From: Paraphysomonas bandaiensis
Taxonomy: Eukaryota; Protista; Chrysophyceae
DNA: 64,000 nt
Direction of reading: 5' to 3'
Assembly: GCA_965644295.1 (NCBI GenBank)
Contig: CBFFRP010000041.1
Coordinates: forward strand, 248,001 to 312,000
The position numbers and the translations under genes were made by a program. The notes beneath the pieces are model-generated. The model was not told the origin of the DNA. It worked only from the letters and a program-made list of their open reading frames with translations, and searched no databases. This document shows, one piece after another, positions 24,798-37,400 of this stretch (the stretch's first letter is position 1; every line of letters begins with the position of its first letter).

Positions 24798-26723
24798 ATG
24801 TTTCGTCCTTCACGTATCTATGTTCGAGTGGCTATAGGGGGTCTCTTGTGTTGCAGTGGAGCGTCTAGTGCATGCAACAGCAGCGACTATAGTCATGACC
24901 TCAGAAGATACAAGTATGTTGTAATTGGGGCAGGAGCTTCTGGACGCGCTGCAATCCAGGAAATTGCCCAAGATGATTCTCCTGATTTCAACATGCTTGT
25001 AGTGGATAGGATTAAGCAGCGCCACGTCACCAGCACTGCCAGATCACACATCGAACATACAGATAAAGAAATAGCCCACATTAACATCCCGCAACATTCG
25101 ATTTCATTTACCGACGGTGAAACTGTTGCCTATAACAAATGTCTTATAGCAATAGGCCGTAATTTCGGCTTTCAAGAGCGGCACAGTCTTGTGGACGACG
25201 AGTGCAGAACCAAAGTAATGTGCGTAGGTGACAATGGGGCCATAACACGTGCAGTTGAAATTGTGCAGTCTGGGGGCCATGTTACATTGCTAGGTGGGTC
25301 TTGGACGGGAGTAGCCCTTGCAAGCTATCTTACGGTGGAAGCGAGACGTAAAGGATACGTGGGCGCTGTCACATTGATAGCACCCTCTACGGGACTCCTG
25401 AATGACATTTTGCCGCATTATCTAAGCCGTGCCGTTGAGCAACGCCTCAAGTCATCTGGGGTGGAAGTTGTCACATATACCCAGGTGCGCTATGTAGGTA
25501 ATAGTGACACACTTCATTCGTATGCGCTTCCATCGCTAAGCCCTACGAATGTTGAAACGAATGGTTTGGATAGGGAGTGGAAAGAATGCCTGGGTATACA
25601 TTGCGCCGCAACACACGATACGCTTCGCACTTCAATGTTTGCAACGGATGCTGTACTCTTATGTACTGAATGTGGAAACACAGCTCCAAAATTGTCTTCT
25701 TCCACTCCGGGCCAATCGAGCGGCGCTTTATCCCTTTCTTCGGGAAACGCATTTGTGTTCAACTCTGGTTTAGAAATCGACCAGTTTGGGTGTGTAGTTG
25801 CCAATCCCTCCTTGCTCGCTGCTCAGGACGTTTATGTTGCTGGAGACATAGCGAGCGCTCCGTCGGCATTGGGGCGCGGTTTTTCTGTCGGTCTGCTTGG
25901 TGCTTTGTCGAGTGGCATTGCTGCTGGAAGAAATATGCGCTTGGACGGGAGCGTCGACGCTACCACCAACCCTACAGTCACGAACTCTTTTATTCCTACT
26001 TACCATGGAACTGTTCCCGCCCTGGGAATGAACATTCGACTTATTGGAGACTGCTCTAACACGTATATGACATATGGATTCTGGTGGAAGGATCCGGAAT
26101 GCCAGTCACGAACACTGTCGCGAAGTAATGAAAAGTTTACTTATGAGACCCACCATGGTGGTTACCCGAAATCTATACTTGATATGTCACGCACTTATGG
26201 CAAGCTGTTATCTCGTGCTCTACCAGAACCTGACCCTCCTAAGGAAGGGCAGGCTAGTGACCTTCTAGGCATCGGGGTTGTGTTTTATATTAACTCTGAC
26301 GCGGTAATTTCCGGAGTGGCAGTGTGTGGCAGTGGACCAGAAGAACATAGCAGTAACATTAATAGACTCTTAGATGTCTACTCGCAGGCAGAGTTGCTTA
26401 TAGGAAAGAAAACTGCATCGTTAGAATCTTCGGGCAATGACGACAAAGGGAAGCGTATAGTTGGTATGCTTAATACCGGTAATGTTTCTGGGGAAACTAG
26501 TGCTTCGATGAGGCGGTCGCTGCAGGAAACCGCTTGTCAAATGTATGAGCGAATATACCCTGATGAAATGACTAGTGCACCAACCCCTCGTCTGAGGTTT
26601 ACTGCTCCCAGTAGATCAAAAATGATGAGAGAAGTGCGGTCAGGAAAAGGGAATAGACTTCCTTGGAGATTTTCGATACATAGTTCGCTGGAAACGGAAA
26701 ATATATTTTACAGAAAAACGTAA
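24798..26723 (+). CDS. AIF-like (AIFM1-family) FAD-dependent pyridine nucleotide-disulfide oxidoreductase-fold protein
   Basis: YVVIGAGASG (FAD Rossmann), YNKCLIAIG, ILPHYLS...LKSSGVEV, SGLEIDQFGCVVAN...DVYVAGDIAS and a C-terminal GIGVVFY. Arg-rich N-terminus resembling a mitochondrial presequence. Confidence 0.8.
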   Translation: MFRPSRIYVRVAIGGLLCCSGASSACNSSDYSHDLRRYKYVVIGAGASGRAAIQEIAQDDSPDFNMLVVDRIKQRHVTSTARSHIEHTDKEIAHINIPQHSISFTDGETVAYNKCLIAIGRNFGFQERHSLVDDECRTKVMCVGDNGAITRAVEIVQSGGHVTLLGGSWTGVALASYLTVEARRKGYVGAVTLIAPSTGLLNDILPHYLSRAVEQRLKSSGVEVVTYTQVRYVGNSDTLHSYALPSLSPTNVETNGLDREWKECLGIHCAATHDTLRTSMFATDAVLLCTECGNTAPKLSSSTPGQSSGALSLSSGNAFVFNSGLEIDQFGCVVANPSLLAAQDVYVAGDIASAPSALGRGFSVGLLGALSSGIAAGRNMRLDGSVDATTNPTVTNSFIPTYHGTVPALGMNIRLIGDCSNTYMTYGFWWKDPECQSRTLSRSNEKFTYETHHGGYPKSILDMSRTYGKLLSRALPEPDPPKEGQASDLLGIGVVFYINSDAVISGVAVCGSGPEEHSSNINRLLDVYSQAELLIGKKTASLESSGNDDKGKRIVGMLNTGNVSGETSASMRRSLQETACQMYERIYPDEMTSAPTPRLRFTAPSRSKMMREVRSGKGNRLPWRFSIHSSLETENIFYRKT

Positions 26724-27543
26724 AATAGAGCGATACACATCACTTTTGTTAATACAATATACACCTGTAATATGGACTCGAATGTCGAGTTTCATTACAT
26801 AATAGGAGTATGATGTGAAGATGTATATAATGAATTCATTAATAAAGTGTACCGCGAACTGAATCAATACAGGAGATACCCTTGTTGAGTGTTGAGTCAA
26901 CCTTATATATAGCTTTGGTCGATTAATACTGACTATAATATAATAAAACGACTTTCTTTATGTGTGCACTACTTTTATTGTTAATGTTTATAGTGTTATT
27001 CCTCTACTATCATCATAAAGGGGTAGGGAGGCAGGGAAGATGACATCCTTACTAGTAGAGGCACACAGAACACACACAAGCAATGTATAGAATTATATTA
27101 AAATCCAGGCGTATTATTTGCGTGTCTGCACTAAACAAGCTCCAGCTAAATCTATACTATACTTACATGACTTACATTCTGGGGAGGAGAAAAGAGGGGC
27201 CTCATCCAATATCCAATGATACGCTAGGCCTCAGTGAGGCATACATGGTCACGAAAAGCTCCGTTTAATCTTTGTTAGAGGATTGAAAGGTGAACATGTC
27301 TTCCTTGCTAAATTTGCGAGATTTTCATACATAAGTCTTGCGTAGTATAAGAAATAAGAAATCCCGCGTAATCTTTGTGAGGGCGAACACGGATGGGGCA
27401 GTAGGGTGGCTCGCATAGAATCTAAGATATGGTGAACGGGTGGGTGGCTGCGTAGTATCAGCGCAATATATACTGTCGCTTTAGACCATTACAGATTCGA
27501 ACAATCCCCCTTCTCCCGCTGTGTGTGTAGAGCAGTACTTCTA

Positions 27544-28070
27544 GGGAAATATTATTTAACCTAGTCAATTTAGTTCATAATGTCAAACTTTGATAATATC
27601 CATTGATTACACATTGTCACTCTACTGTCTAAGATACCAGCTCACTCCACACAACATATTAATGCCTTGCATATCAACAAAACAAACATTCAAACGTTCA
27701 AACATAACAATTAATTTATACATACATATCTACTTAACAATTAATACATGAACTCGCCGATGTCATAACCCATGTGAAAGCTGTGAAACTGCACTAGACT
27801 TAGTCACGAGAAACTGTCCAATTCTCATTGGAATGCAAAGATAAATGTAATGTATTGAATATATACAATACCTGCATTCATTAATTGATGGCTAGAGTAT
27901 GCTTCCTTGTTTGAGTGAATAAAAATATATCTGACTAGGTGAATACCGTAAACACCTAGTCAACCTGGCCAGCCTAGTCATTGCAAACTAAAAATATGAA
28001 TTATTAAATGACTAGGGTTTAGACCACTTGACTAGGTTCTTTCACCAATACTAGTGTGACCAGGAAATCC
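27544..28070 (-). mobile_element. Inverted, internally deleted second member of the MULE family at 20998-22251
   Basis: Begins gggaaatattatttaacctagtcaa. Blocks 27600-27740 and 27819-28066 are diverged reverse complements of ~22000-22125 and ~21030-21265. It lacks the minisatellite core. Confidence 0.85.
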
Positions 28071-28445
28071 CACTTGAAGTGTGACTGATTCGCCACAGAT
28101 ACAAAAACAATCACGGGTTAACATATCACTACACAACGAGCAAGTAGTATGCTACATTTATGAAGAGCTGAGCTGTGCTTAGTATTCTCTGACAATCGTA
28201 AAGCAGACAGCGGGTGTCCCTATGATCTCAAACACGTAAAGACACTGTCGTATAAGGTATGAATCATATTAAGAGCCTCTCTGGGATCAAAAATTATAAG
28301 ACTGAACTCATGTGACTGTCTCATACAACAAACCTCACTGTAATTCATAAGCACCACACTCCATCCCCAATCCAAGCAATCCAGATCTGGATCCATCCCA
28401 CACAAGTATACCGAATACTACAGCAGTATATGCATATATCTATTG

Positions 28446-28448
<3 letters not shown>

Positions 28449-28477
<29 letters not shown>

Positions 28478-29662
28478 TGTATGTATGTATGTATGTATGT
28501 ATGTATGTATGTATGTATGTATGTATGTATGTATGTATGTATGTATGTATGTATGTATGTATGTATGTATGTATGTATGTATGTATGTATGTATGTATGT
28601 ATGTATGTATGTATGTATGTATGCATGTTTGTATGTATGTATGTATGTATGTATGTATGTATGTATGTATGTATGTATGTATGTATGTATGTATGTATGT
28701 ATGTATGTATGTATGTATGTATGTATGTATGTATGTATGTATGTATGTATGTATGTATGTATGTATGTATGTATGTATGTATGTATGTATGTATGTATGT
28801 ATGTATGTATGTATGTATGTATGTATGTATGTATGTATGTATGTATGTATGTATGTATGTATGTATGTATGTATGTATGTATGTATGTATGTATGTATGT
28901 ATGTATGTATGTATGTATGTATGTATGTATGTATGTATGTATGTATGTATGTATGTATGTATGTATGTATGTATGTATGTATGTATGTATGTATGTATGT
29001 ATGTATGTATGTATGTATGTATGTATGTATGTATGTATGTATGTATGTATGTATGTATGTATGTATGTATGTATGTATGTATGTATGTATGTATGTATGT
29101 ATGTATGCATGTTTGTATGTATGTATGTATGTATGTATGTATGTATGTATGTATGTATGTATGTATGTATGTATGTATGTATGTATGTATGTATGTATGT
29201 ATGTATGTATGTATGTATGTATGTATGTATGTATGTATGTATGTATGTATGTATGTATGTATGTATGTATGTATGTATGTATGTATGTATGTATGTATGT
29301 ATGTATGTATGTATGTATGTATGTATGTATGTATGTATGTATGTATGTATGTATGTATGTATGTATGTATGTATGTATGTATGTATGTATGTATGTATGT
29401 ATGTATGTATGTATGTATGTATGTATGTATGTATGTATGTATGTATGTATGTATGTATGTATGTATGTATGTATGTATGTATGTATGTATGTATGTATGT
29501 ATGTATGTATGTATGTATGTATGTATGTATGTATGTATGTATGTATGTATGTATGTATGTATGTATGTATGTATGTATGTATGTATGTATGTATGTATGT
29601 ATGTATGTATGTATGTATGTATGTATGTATGTATGTATGTATGTATGTATGTATGTATGTAT
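28449..29662. repeat. (TATG)n microsatellite, ~1.2 kb, with two identical CATGTTTG interruptions
   Basis: Interruptions at 28624 and 29108. Confidence 0.99.
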
Positions 29663-29738
29663 CTGCAGTTATGGTCAGTTGTTTGCATCTCTGTGTCTCC
29701 GCACCAATGCAATAGCCAATAACCACCACTCCTAGGCT

Positions 29739-32700
29739 ATGAACGGCATAATGACTTCCCTGACAGAGGAGGGTCTGCTGAGTAGTGTGCTAGAGGAGTC
29801 TAAGATCGGCATGAACCCCTATAAGGACCCCCCCTTTCATGTCATATCTTCCACCTTTCAGAGCTACTGTCAGCGCTATAGTATCGACACTCACATGGAG
29901 AACCATTGCTATAAGGCCCTGCTACTGTTCACTGCCGACAGTGATGTGTCTTGGTCTCAGCGGATGGCTAAAATCGCAAAGTATGTGAGAGCTGCACACA
30001 GTCGTCAGTCCCCGAAACAATCCGGTCCTTCCGTACACGCCACTGAGAAAGACACGAGACATATATATCAATCTCCGCAGCAGTATGTGACAGAAGATTG
30101 GAAATCTTCACCTAGCATAGGAAAGATGTCTCCTAATCGGACGCCAGAGACCTATCAATCAAGGATGAAGCGCAGTGAGTTAGGTGTCTCCCGAGCGAGT
30201 GATATTGCCGAAGGTATGTTTCTTTCGTCCTTTCTTAATAGCCCTTCTCCACAGCCACTTGCCCATATGGGCACAGATATGAGTGTTGCCCGTTCACCTC
30301 CAGTGGAAGCATCTAGGAAGAGTATCTCTTTTGGAAATATGCAGACTCCTGTGGGACAAGGTAACGTGTCAGCGTCGCCATCTCCTCTCACAACCTCTCG
30401 TTTCTCTTCGTTTCGGCCAAGTTCATCATCATCACCTTTGGTATTCTCTAGCCCCATGACTGGGATCCCCACTCTTTCTAATGCCACTTCCTCGCGACAC
30501 TTGGATACCCCTAGCCCATCCTGCACCGGACGCCCTTGCAGATTAATGCAAAAGGCGGAGAAACACTGGGCTATTAAACGGATGCGACATGCGCTTTGCT
30601 TATGGCTTTGGTACCGCAATCTCCGCCGAGGACAACCGAGCACTGAACAACCATCTGTATCTCGCCTCGCGGAGCAATCTGCCCGGTCTCAAATTTTACA
30701 TCTCAGAAGCGTGGCGGCTACTGCGCATGGCTTGTCGTACTCTGCCGCCACAGGTACCCTTCGACGTACATCCGTCCTTGACAGTGTTGACCCTATCCCC
30801 ACTGCTTCTAGCATACGAATGTTAGTTCTTTTCCAGAAGTATTTTGCGGGGAAGCCAATCGGAAGCTTTGCTCACGCTACAAAGCGCCACCCCGCCCCGT
30901 CATTATACCTTCATTTCTGCAAGCTTTCTTCTCGTTGGGGTGATGAGGATGACCAGGAAAAGTGGTTACGTGCACGCATGCATGCATTTGTACAGATGGA
31001 AACTATGGATATATTCTTTCGTATCTGGACTGAACAGATAGCTCGAATCAACCAGGCACGTGCATTCTATATCACGAAGAGTCTGCGCAGAGGTCTGGAA
31101 GGCTTACAAGATTTTACTCTGGCTCGGGAGTTCCCTCGGTACGGAAAACGGAACGTAGGTGGCGCTCGACATTATTTCATACGTCAAGTGAAAAGGTGTT
31201 TTAATGTCCTACGTGTGCTCTTGAAATCTCGCCGTACAATGCGCTCCCGGTATATTACTTCAGACGGGTATTTAGGTGATCGTCTTTCGTCGAAACTGTT
31301 TTGCATTTGGAGAAATCGGTGCGTGACACGGTTTCGGCATGCTACATATATCTCTGTGAGCGATATGCATTGCAACCAAGCTGTGGCATCCCTTCTCCGT
31401 GCTTTCTTTAACAGATTCTACACCCGCACAATGCTATACCCTCAAGCTCATATACTAGCTAGGAGGCGTACAACCCGGCTAAAGAAGAAGTGTATGTGGG
31501 GATGGATGGGATGCTTTTTCCATCGTAAACTTGATCGTCGTCCTCCAGGGAAATCCATACGGGCACTTGATATTCTTCCTAACGATTATATATATACGTT
31601 CATTCACTGGTATAAGTGGAGACTTCAGGTTCACAGATATGTTCAGACTGATAGACTGGCATGCCGTCGTGCGGATAAATTCTGGAGAACCCGCCGAGGT
31701 CGTCATGCCTTCCTCTGCATGCGAGCCAATAAAATGTCTCGGATGAGAACTAAATCTGAAGAGATAAAATGTCTCCGTCGTGCAAGACCGGAATCCGTCA
31801 CCACTCTGGATGGAATCATATGTTACGTAATGCTGAAACGCTGGCGACTGTTTACTCGGATTAGGAAAGCAAACACTGCATTTGTACTAGGCTGTACTAA
31901 GAAAGTACGCATGCTGCATGGGTTTCCTGTAAATAATGGTCGAACTATCAAGGGGTGTGTTGGTGAAAAAGGCCACAAGGTGTTAGGTGCTAAAGCATTT
32001 GCGTTGGTTCGACAAAATAGTTTTGGAATCGGTAATCCAAATGAGGAACCTCCGGAAACAGATATCCGTGTTATTGGGTCGTGGAAAAAGTTCATGAAGA
32101 GAATCCGGAAGCAACAGCGTGTTAAAACAGTGGAATACACATGTGATATAGTGTTTTTACGAAAACGATTCAAACGTATGCGTAGAGTGCTTGTTATGTC
32201 TCGGGGACACAGGCTGCTGCGATGTGCTCGGACTTCAGAAGTATTTTACACGTGGAAGTACGTCAAGACTATTGCTGCTTCTCGGCGTCACAGGTTGACT
32301 CGAGTGTGGCACTTTATGAAAATCTACAGTGCTATGCGAAGAAGGGTTGGTATATGGTACACAAAGACCGCCCTTCCTAAGGTTAGAAGAGCATTCTTGC
32401 TATTACGGCAATACACAGATCAATGCAACAAAGCTGACTTACTTGTTCACGAGCTATGCTGTACTTACAGGCTGAAGTCTGTGTTTGTCTGGTGGATGAT
32501 GTTACTGAAGGCGGAGAAGTTCTTTTGCTTCAGCACACTGAAGCGAGTTATGGTGACGAAATTCGCTCGGCAGCGAGACCGAAAGCGGTTAGAAAGAAAG
32601 GCGGCTCTTCGCAGGCAGCTTCTGCGCTTACGGCGACTGACTCTTTGTCACACCGCGCGTCGAAAGGTCGCCGCAACTCTGCAACGCTACCGGGCTTCAG

Positions 32701-33116
32701 TAAACCTCTTGAGGAAACTACAACGATTCTTCAAAAAAAGAAGCAAGGAAAGGATTCGCCAGACCACAGCTTTGAGGCATTGCACTATCAAGAGTGTGGG
32801 GTATGCCCTTTCTCGGTGGATGGAATTTGCAACAATGTCTGTTTGTAAGCGTATCAGCACTAATATATCTATTTTGTCGATGGCTTTGTGGAAAGTGATT
32901 TACAAAATCAATGCCAGGTTTTCTCAACAGAGAATACTCTTCATTGCAGAAAGGTTTTATATCCGACAGAGTGCCCGCCTGCATTTGAAGCGGTGGTATT
33001 GGCAAATGAAACGTCAGTCCAGAATTCGAATGAATAACAGACAGGGGTTGCATTATTATAAGCGGAAAAATCAGGCATTTGTTGTTACATTGCTTCGCAA
33101 CTTAGCCATGTATTAG
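29739..33116 (+). CDS. Large Arg/Lys-rich protein with a Ser/Pro-rich N-region and recurring Trp/Phe motifs (Sfi1-like, putative centrin-binding)
   Basis: 1125-aa intronless ORF with recurring motifs such as ALCLW, FFRIW, LFCIW, MLKRW, ALSRW and HLKRW. The ORF is solid; the family call is tentative. Confidence 0.6.
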   Translation: MNGIMTSLTEEGLLSSVLEESKIGMNPYKDPPFHVISSTFQSYCQRYSIDTHMENHCYKALLLFTADSDVSWSQRMAKIAKYVRAAHSRQSPKQSGPSVHATEKDTRHIYQSPQQYVTEDWKSSPSIGKMSPNRTPETYQSRMKRSELGVSRASDIAEGMFLSSFLNSPSPQPLAHMGTDMSVARSPPVEASRKSISFGNMQTPVGQGNVSASPSPLTTSRFSSFRPSSSSSPLVFSSPMTGIPTLSNATSSRHLDTPSPSCTGRPCRLMQKAEKHWAIKRMRHALCLWLWYRNLRRGQPSTEQPSVSRLAEQSARSQILHLRSVAATAHGLSYSAATGTLRRTSVLDSVDPIPTASSIRMLVLFQKYFAGKPIGSFAHATKRHPAPSLYLHFCKLSSRWGDEDDQEKWLRARMHAFVQMETMDIFFRIWTEQIARINQARAFYITKSLRRGLEGLQDFTLAREFPRYGKRNVGGARHYFIRQVKRCFNVLRVLLKSRRTMRSRYITSDGYLGDRLSSKLFCIWRNRCVTRFRHATYISVSDMHCNQAVASLLRAFFNRFYTRTMLYPQAHILARRRTTRLKKKCMWGWMGCFFHRKLDRRPPGKSIRALDILPNDYIYTFIHWYKWRLQVHRYVQTDRLACRRADKFWRTRRGRHAFLCMRANKMSRMRTKSEEIKCLRRARPESVTTLDGIICYVMLKRWRLFTRIRKANTAFVLGCTKKVRMLHGFPVNNGRTIKGCVGEKGHKVLGAKAFALVRQNSFGIGNPNEEPPETDIRVIGSWKKFMKRIRKQQRVKTVEYTCDIVFLRKRFKRMRRVLVMSRGHRLLRCARTSEVFYTWKYVKTIAASRRHRLTRVWHFMKIYSAMRRRVGIWYTKTALPKVRRAFLLLRQYTDQCNKADLLVHELCCTYRLKSVFVWWMMLLKAEKFFCFSTLKRVMVTKFARQRDRKRLERKAALRRQLLRLRRLTLCHTARRKVAATLQRYRASVNLLRKLQRFFKKRSKERIRQTTALRHCTIKSVGYALSRWMEFATMSVCKRISTNISILSMALWKVIYKINARFSQQRILFIAERFYIRQSARLHLKRWYWQMKRQSRIRMNNRQGLHYYKRKNQAFVVTLLRNLAMY

Positions 33117-34449
33117 AACTGTTAAGTTTAACTGCCGTGGAATAGAGTGAATTTCAATTTGAAAAGTATCGAGTTTATTTGTTTTGGGTGTTGTTGTAAA
33201 TACGTCTGCCTTTTTACTTTGACTGCGCTAGTTTTTCTTTAAACGAAGGCTTGGGAAGTACTTTAGTTGCAAAATATTAAATTATCTGAAATTATTGCGA
33301 CCAGTGGCACCACGCATTATACATTTGCACTGCCAACCCTATGCCAGGGCCTGGTAACCATTAATGGTATATTGCCATTATAATTGCGGAGAACTGCTTG
33401 GCACCTATTAATTGGCCATGATTTGATATATGATATATGCTTATATCCTCTATTCTCCGAATAAACTCTAGACAGCTAGACAGTGCTCACACAACTCTGC
33501 AGCTACTTTGTAGCATATCTATGCGCATTATCAGCGGCAAACTTACAGCTATAAGAGTTAGAAAATAATTTCGTGACCAACAATATACTTAACAATTGAA
33601 GTGCCTGCTTTGTGGTGTTTTATGTACGTCCTATATATATGTTAGGATAGAGTAATTGTAGGTCTCATAAAACTAATAATATAACGGCAAAAGTTACTGC
33701 GGTATTATTTATTCTCCATCAACCCATATTCTGAAATATTGTTTGCCAATTTCATTTCTTTATTTGCATCTCCATGGCAGGGCTGCGTATCAATTAATAC
33801 AGTAATACTTGCTGTTTCAATTTCAGTTATTGCTATTAACTGCAAGTAATTGCAATCAGTAATTATTTATAGTACTAAACTACATCAGCTGCCAATATAG
33901 CTACCTCATCCAGAGGCGACGGTTCATGCTTAAAAACATAAGTAATACTCTTGTGCATATTCTACAACAGTATTAGCTCTTAGCTCTACTGAGCAACCTT
34001 TCAACCCTATTGGTTGTGGCATGCAAGTGCTTCATGTTGCCTGCTACCATCAATCTAACTTTGAGCGGTGGTATATTTATGATCAGTTAATATTTCTTTT
34101 CAAGTTTGGAAGAGTTTACTTACACAATAAGACCAAATAATTATACAATTGCAAATAAAGATGGCAAACAGAATTGATGGCAGTCATGCCAGTAGAGAGC
34201 AACAAGAACGACGATGTGTGGTAACGGTAATTTGTAGTCTGTTATTTAACAGCCAAAGAGAGTATAATTTCTTATATTTAAGACAACCATGTACACAGGA
34301 AAGTCATGACTATTACAAGCTGAAACCAGGTGAAAAATATATGTGAACGTGAAGTGTGTAAAATAACTAGGTATCAAGGACTACTTGGCTAATAATATAC
34401 TATCTAGTTTAGTTTATAGTTAAGATATATTATGAGTATTTACTTTCAG

Positions 34450-37400
34450 CTACGACACTACTTCCATTTCACTGCTCCCATTATTATCTACATTCTGAGA
34501 AGTAGCAGTGCCATTTAGAATGACGTTGCGTAGACGTTTCCGACCAACCACCTGGAAAGGTAAAATTCATTTTCTGTGTATTCCACACGATTTCTATAAA
34601 TTCTTACCTGTTCTTCGCTCATTAAAATGGTATGTAGAGAACTGCGGTCTATTGGCTGCCCCATCTGCTTAAGAAAGTCCTTCATCTATCCATATATAGT
34701 ATATCATATTCAGGAGATATTCCTTCTGATATACTTACCAATTCCACAGCCACATCCGTCGATAAATTCAGACACGAATCTTCTCGTAAGAATTGGTTGA
34801 TCCATAAAGGAAACTTTGATCGCTTGTCGTATCGATTATATCTATATTCTTATCAGTAAAAAAATCATGTAACGGATCTACAAGTACCTCGAGTCTGCCA
34901 GCACGACAAGTCCATAGTCAGTTTTACTTCGTATCACTCGTCCGACACATTGTGCCGCTTGCCTCAAAGCATCAAATGTTAGGAAATCATTGTCCTTTAT
35001 CCCATACTTAGACCACATGTAATCTAGGCGAGATCGCAGAACATGCGACAGTGTATACTGATAAGGGATACCAAACACAATGACGCATCTGCCATAGTGC
35101 CTATCGAAATCTATTCCTTCGGCCACTTTACCCCTTGCCACTGACAGGAACACCGCTCCCCTGTAACATGAGTTATCAAAAGTGTTTTACAACTAGAATA
35201 CTCCTACCGGCCGCAGTCACAGGCACGTTTGTAGTTGTCCAGTGCAAGCGTTGTTTCAACGACATCTTTGGTTTCAAGAAATATCAATTTATGATCCATG
35301 ATCTATATAATTCCATGAATAAGTTGCAACAAACTCATATATTAAACTAGACCTTCTGAAGTATTCGCATTTCATCCCACTTAGTAACAATCTCTTCCAT
35401 GTAAGAGTAACTTGTGAAGAAACAACACACACCATCTGGAACGGTGGCAGCAACTTCCAGAAGTAAAAGTCCATAGTTCCGGATAATAGACATATCTTTC
35501 CTTTGATCGAACTTGGTAGAGAGTGGCACTTGATCGCTACCCCTGGTCACAACAAGTGGAAGTAGACAAGGGCGGAAGGTGGACATTGGGAGAGAAGCTC
35601 GCACAGCCGGGTGAAAATCGAGAAGCTTAGGGTACAAGTCGATTGGAGACAGAGTCCCTGTGCGAATTCACTAATAATACAATGTGGACCTTCGAATTAC
35701 CATACCTGATGTGATAACGACGGACTGAAACCGTTTGAAAACTGGTTTGATTGCAAGCGAGGCATCCAGGCAGCAGAGTTGTAAAAGCGGCTCCTGTACA
35801 CCCGCCAATGCTGTACCCTACATAAAACCATTTCACTTCATATGTTCCTGTATTCAAATGCATGGTACTTGTCATCGTATGCATCGCGCAAGTAAAACTC
35901 GGAGATACAACAATAAGTATATTAACGGAAATATTCTGACCTTAGGCTCCATTATTATTGAGAAACCGTCAATGTACGTAGACACAAGGGTTGCGAAGTT
36001 AGCCACATCTTGTAGTGGATTGAACTCCTCCAGCGATGTAATTTCCAATGTGCGCAAGAGAGAATTAAGTCGTGAGTAGGTAAATTTCAAAACTTTCTTC
36101 TCGAGAGCTGTCTTGGTATGAAGATCATGCATAAAAGCTACGGGAGACTCCTATAATATACGCACAAGTTATATTGAGTCGATGAAGACTTTATACCGCC
36201 ACCTTCTCAACATTGCTTCCACGCAGCCGTTTCTTAAAGTACTCAACTATTTTTTTCAGGAAGGCCACGAAGTGCTCAGCCTTACGTATGTTTCCTGGAA
36301 CGGCCTCCTGATAGGCATACAAATAAGTAGGAACAGACAGAATGTGTACTGACTCTACTTTAGAGATGGGAGCGGTCAATATATATACTACATCATTTAT
36401 AGTTGCCAGTTCTTTCTAAGTCACCTGTAATATATCATCCGGGAGGACAGGGTTGCCTAACACAACATCAGCTCCCGATCCAGCAATAACTCCTTGCTCT
36501 GCAAGACCGCTGACAAGTGCTTGGTACTCTCTCGCCAACCTCTCGGAGTCCGAGGCTTTCATGTCCGCCACCTTCGCCTGCAGTCGACCGATAGAACTAT
36601 ACAAACGATGAATACGTTAATTGCAATCATTGCATAGCGCGAAGTATGACGATGTCAACGAAGTAAAAAATTCTTCATAAGCACAAACAATGGCTTACCG
36701 AGAGGACGCGTCGAGGGCAGTTTTATCTATCGTCACCGAAAGGGCTTCAATACATACATTGTCTATATTATGGGCCTATACATTTCATTACATATACAGT
36801 GCATTATATTTACTAGCCCAACCTCATCGAATACGACTATGCTATTCTGCTCGAGTTCTCTGGAGACCAGATTGCTAACTTTAGGGTCCAGCATATACTG
36901 GTAATTGTACACAACTATATTCGCTCGGTTGAGCACCTGAAGAACATTGAGAAGGAGAATATTTTATACAAATTAATACAATAATACCCGTCTAGCCAGA
37001 AAGTAGGGACACCAGCCCCTTTGCTGACCCAGTTCTTTAAGTTGATCAAGGTCATATACTCCAAGGGGTATGTCTGCGTCATTACCCTCGCGCTCAAAGG
37101 ATTCGTAAAAACTACACAATTCCACCCCTGCGTGCTTTGTCGCCCGTTGGCGCACCCACGAGGCAGTCATATTTCTTTGTACATGATTAGTTCTCAGTGC
37201 CAGGGCGTGGAATTCTCCTACCTGCAGAGCGAATCCACCGTGTCGCGGTCGCTCTCGTCCATTACTCTCGGGTGAATACACAAATTACGCCTACATTACA
37301 AAATAAATATATAGCACTAAGCACCATGCTAATAAAAACCTGGAACTGAGACATAATGCCAGAATATGTCCACTTTCTGGCCCGGCACACTTTGCGCGAT

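Noticed and set aside
17295-29735. Long (MYVC)n and (HTYI)n ORFs in the ORF track
   Set aside because: They are translations of stop-free (TATG)n/(CATA)n microsatellites that are open in all frames, not evidence of proteins.
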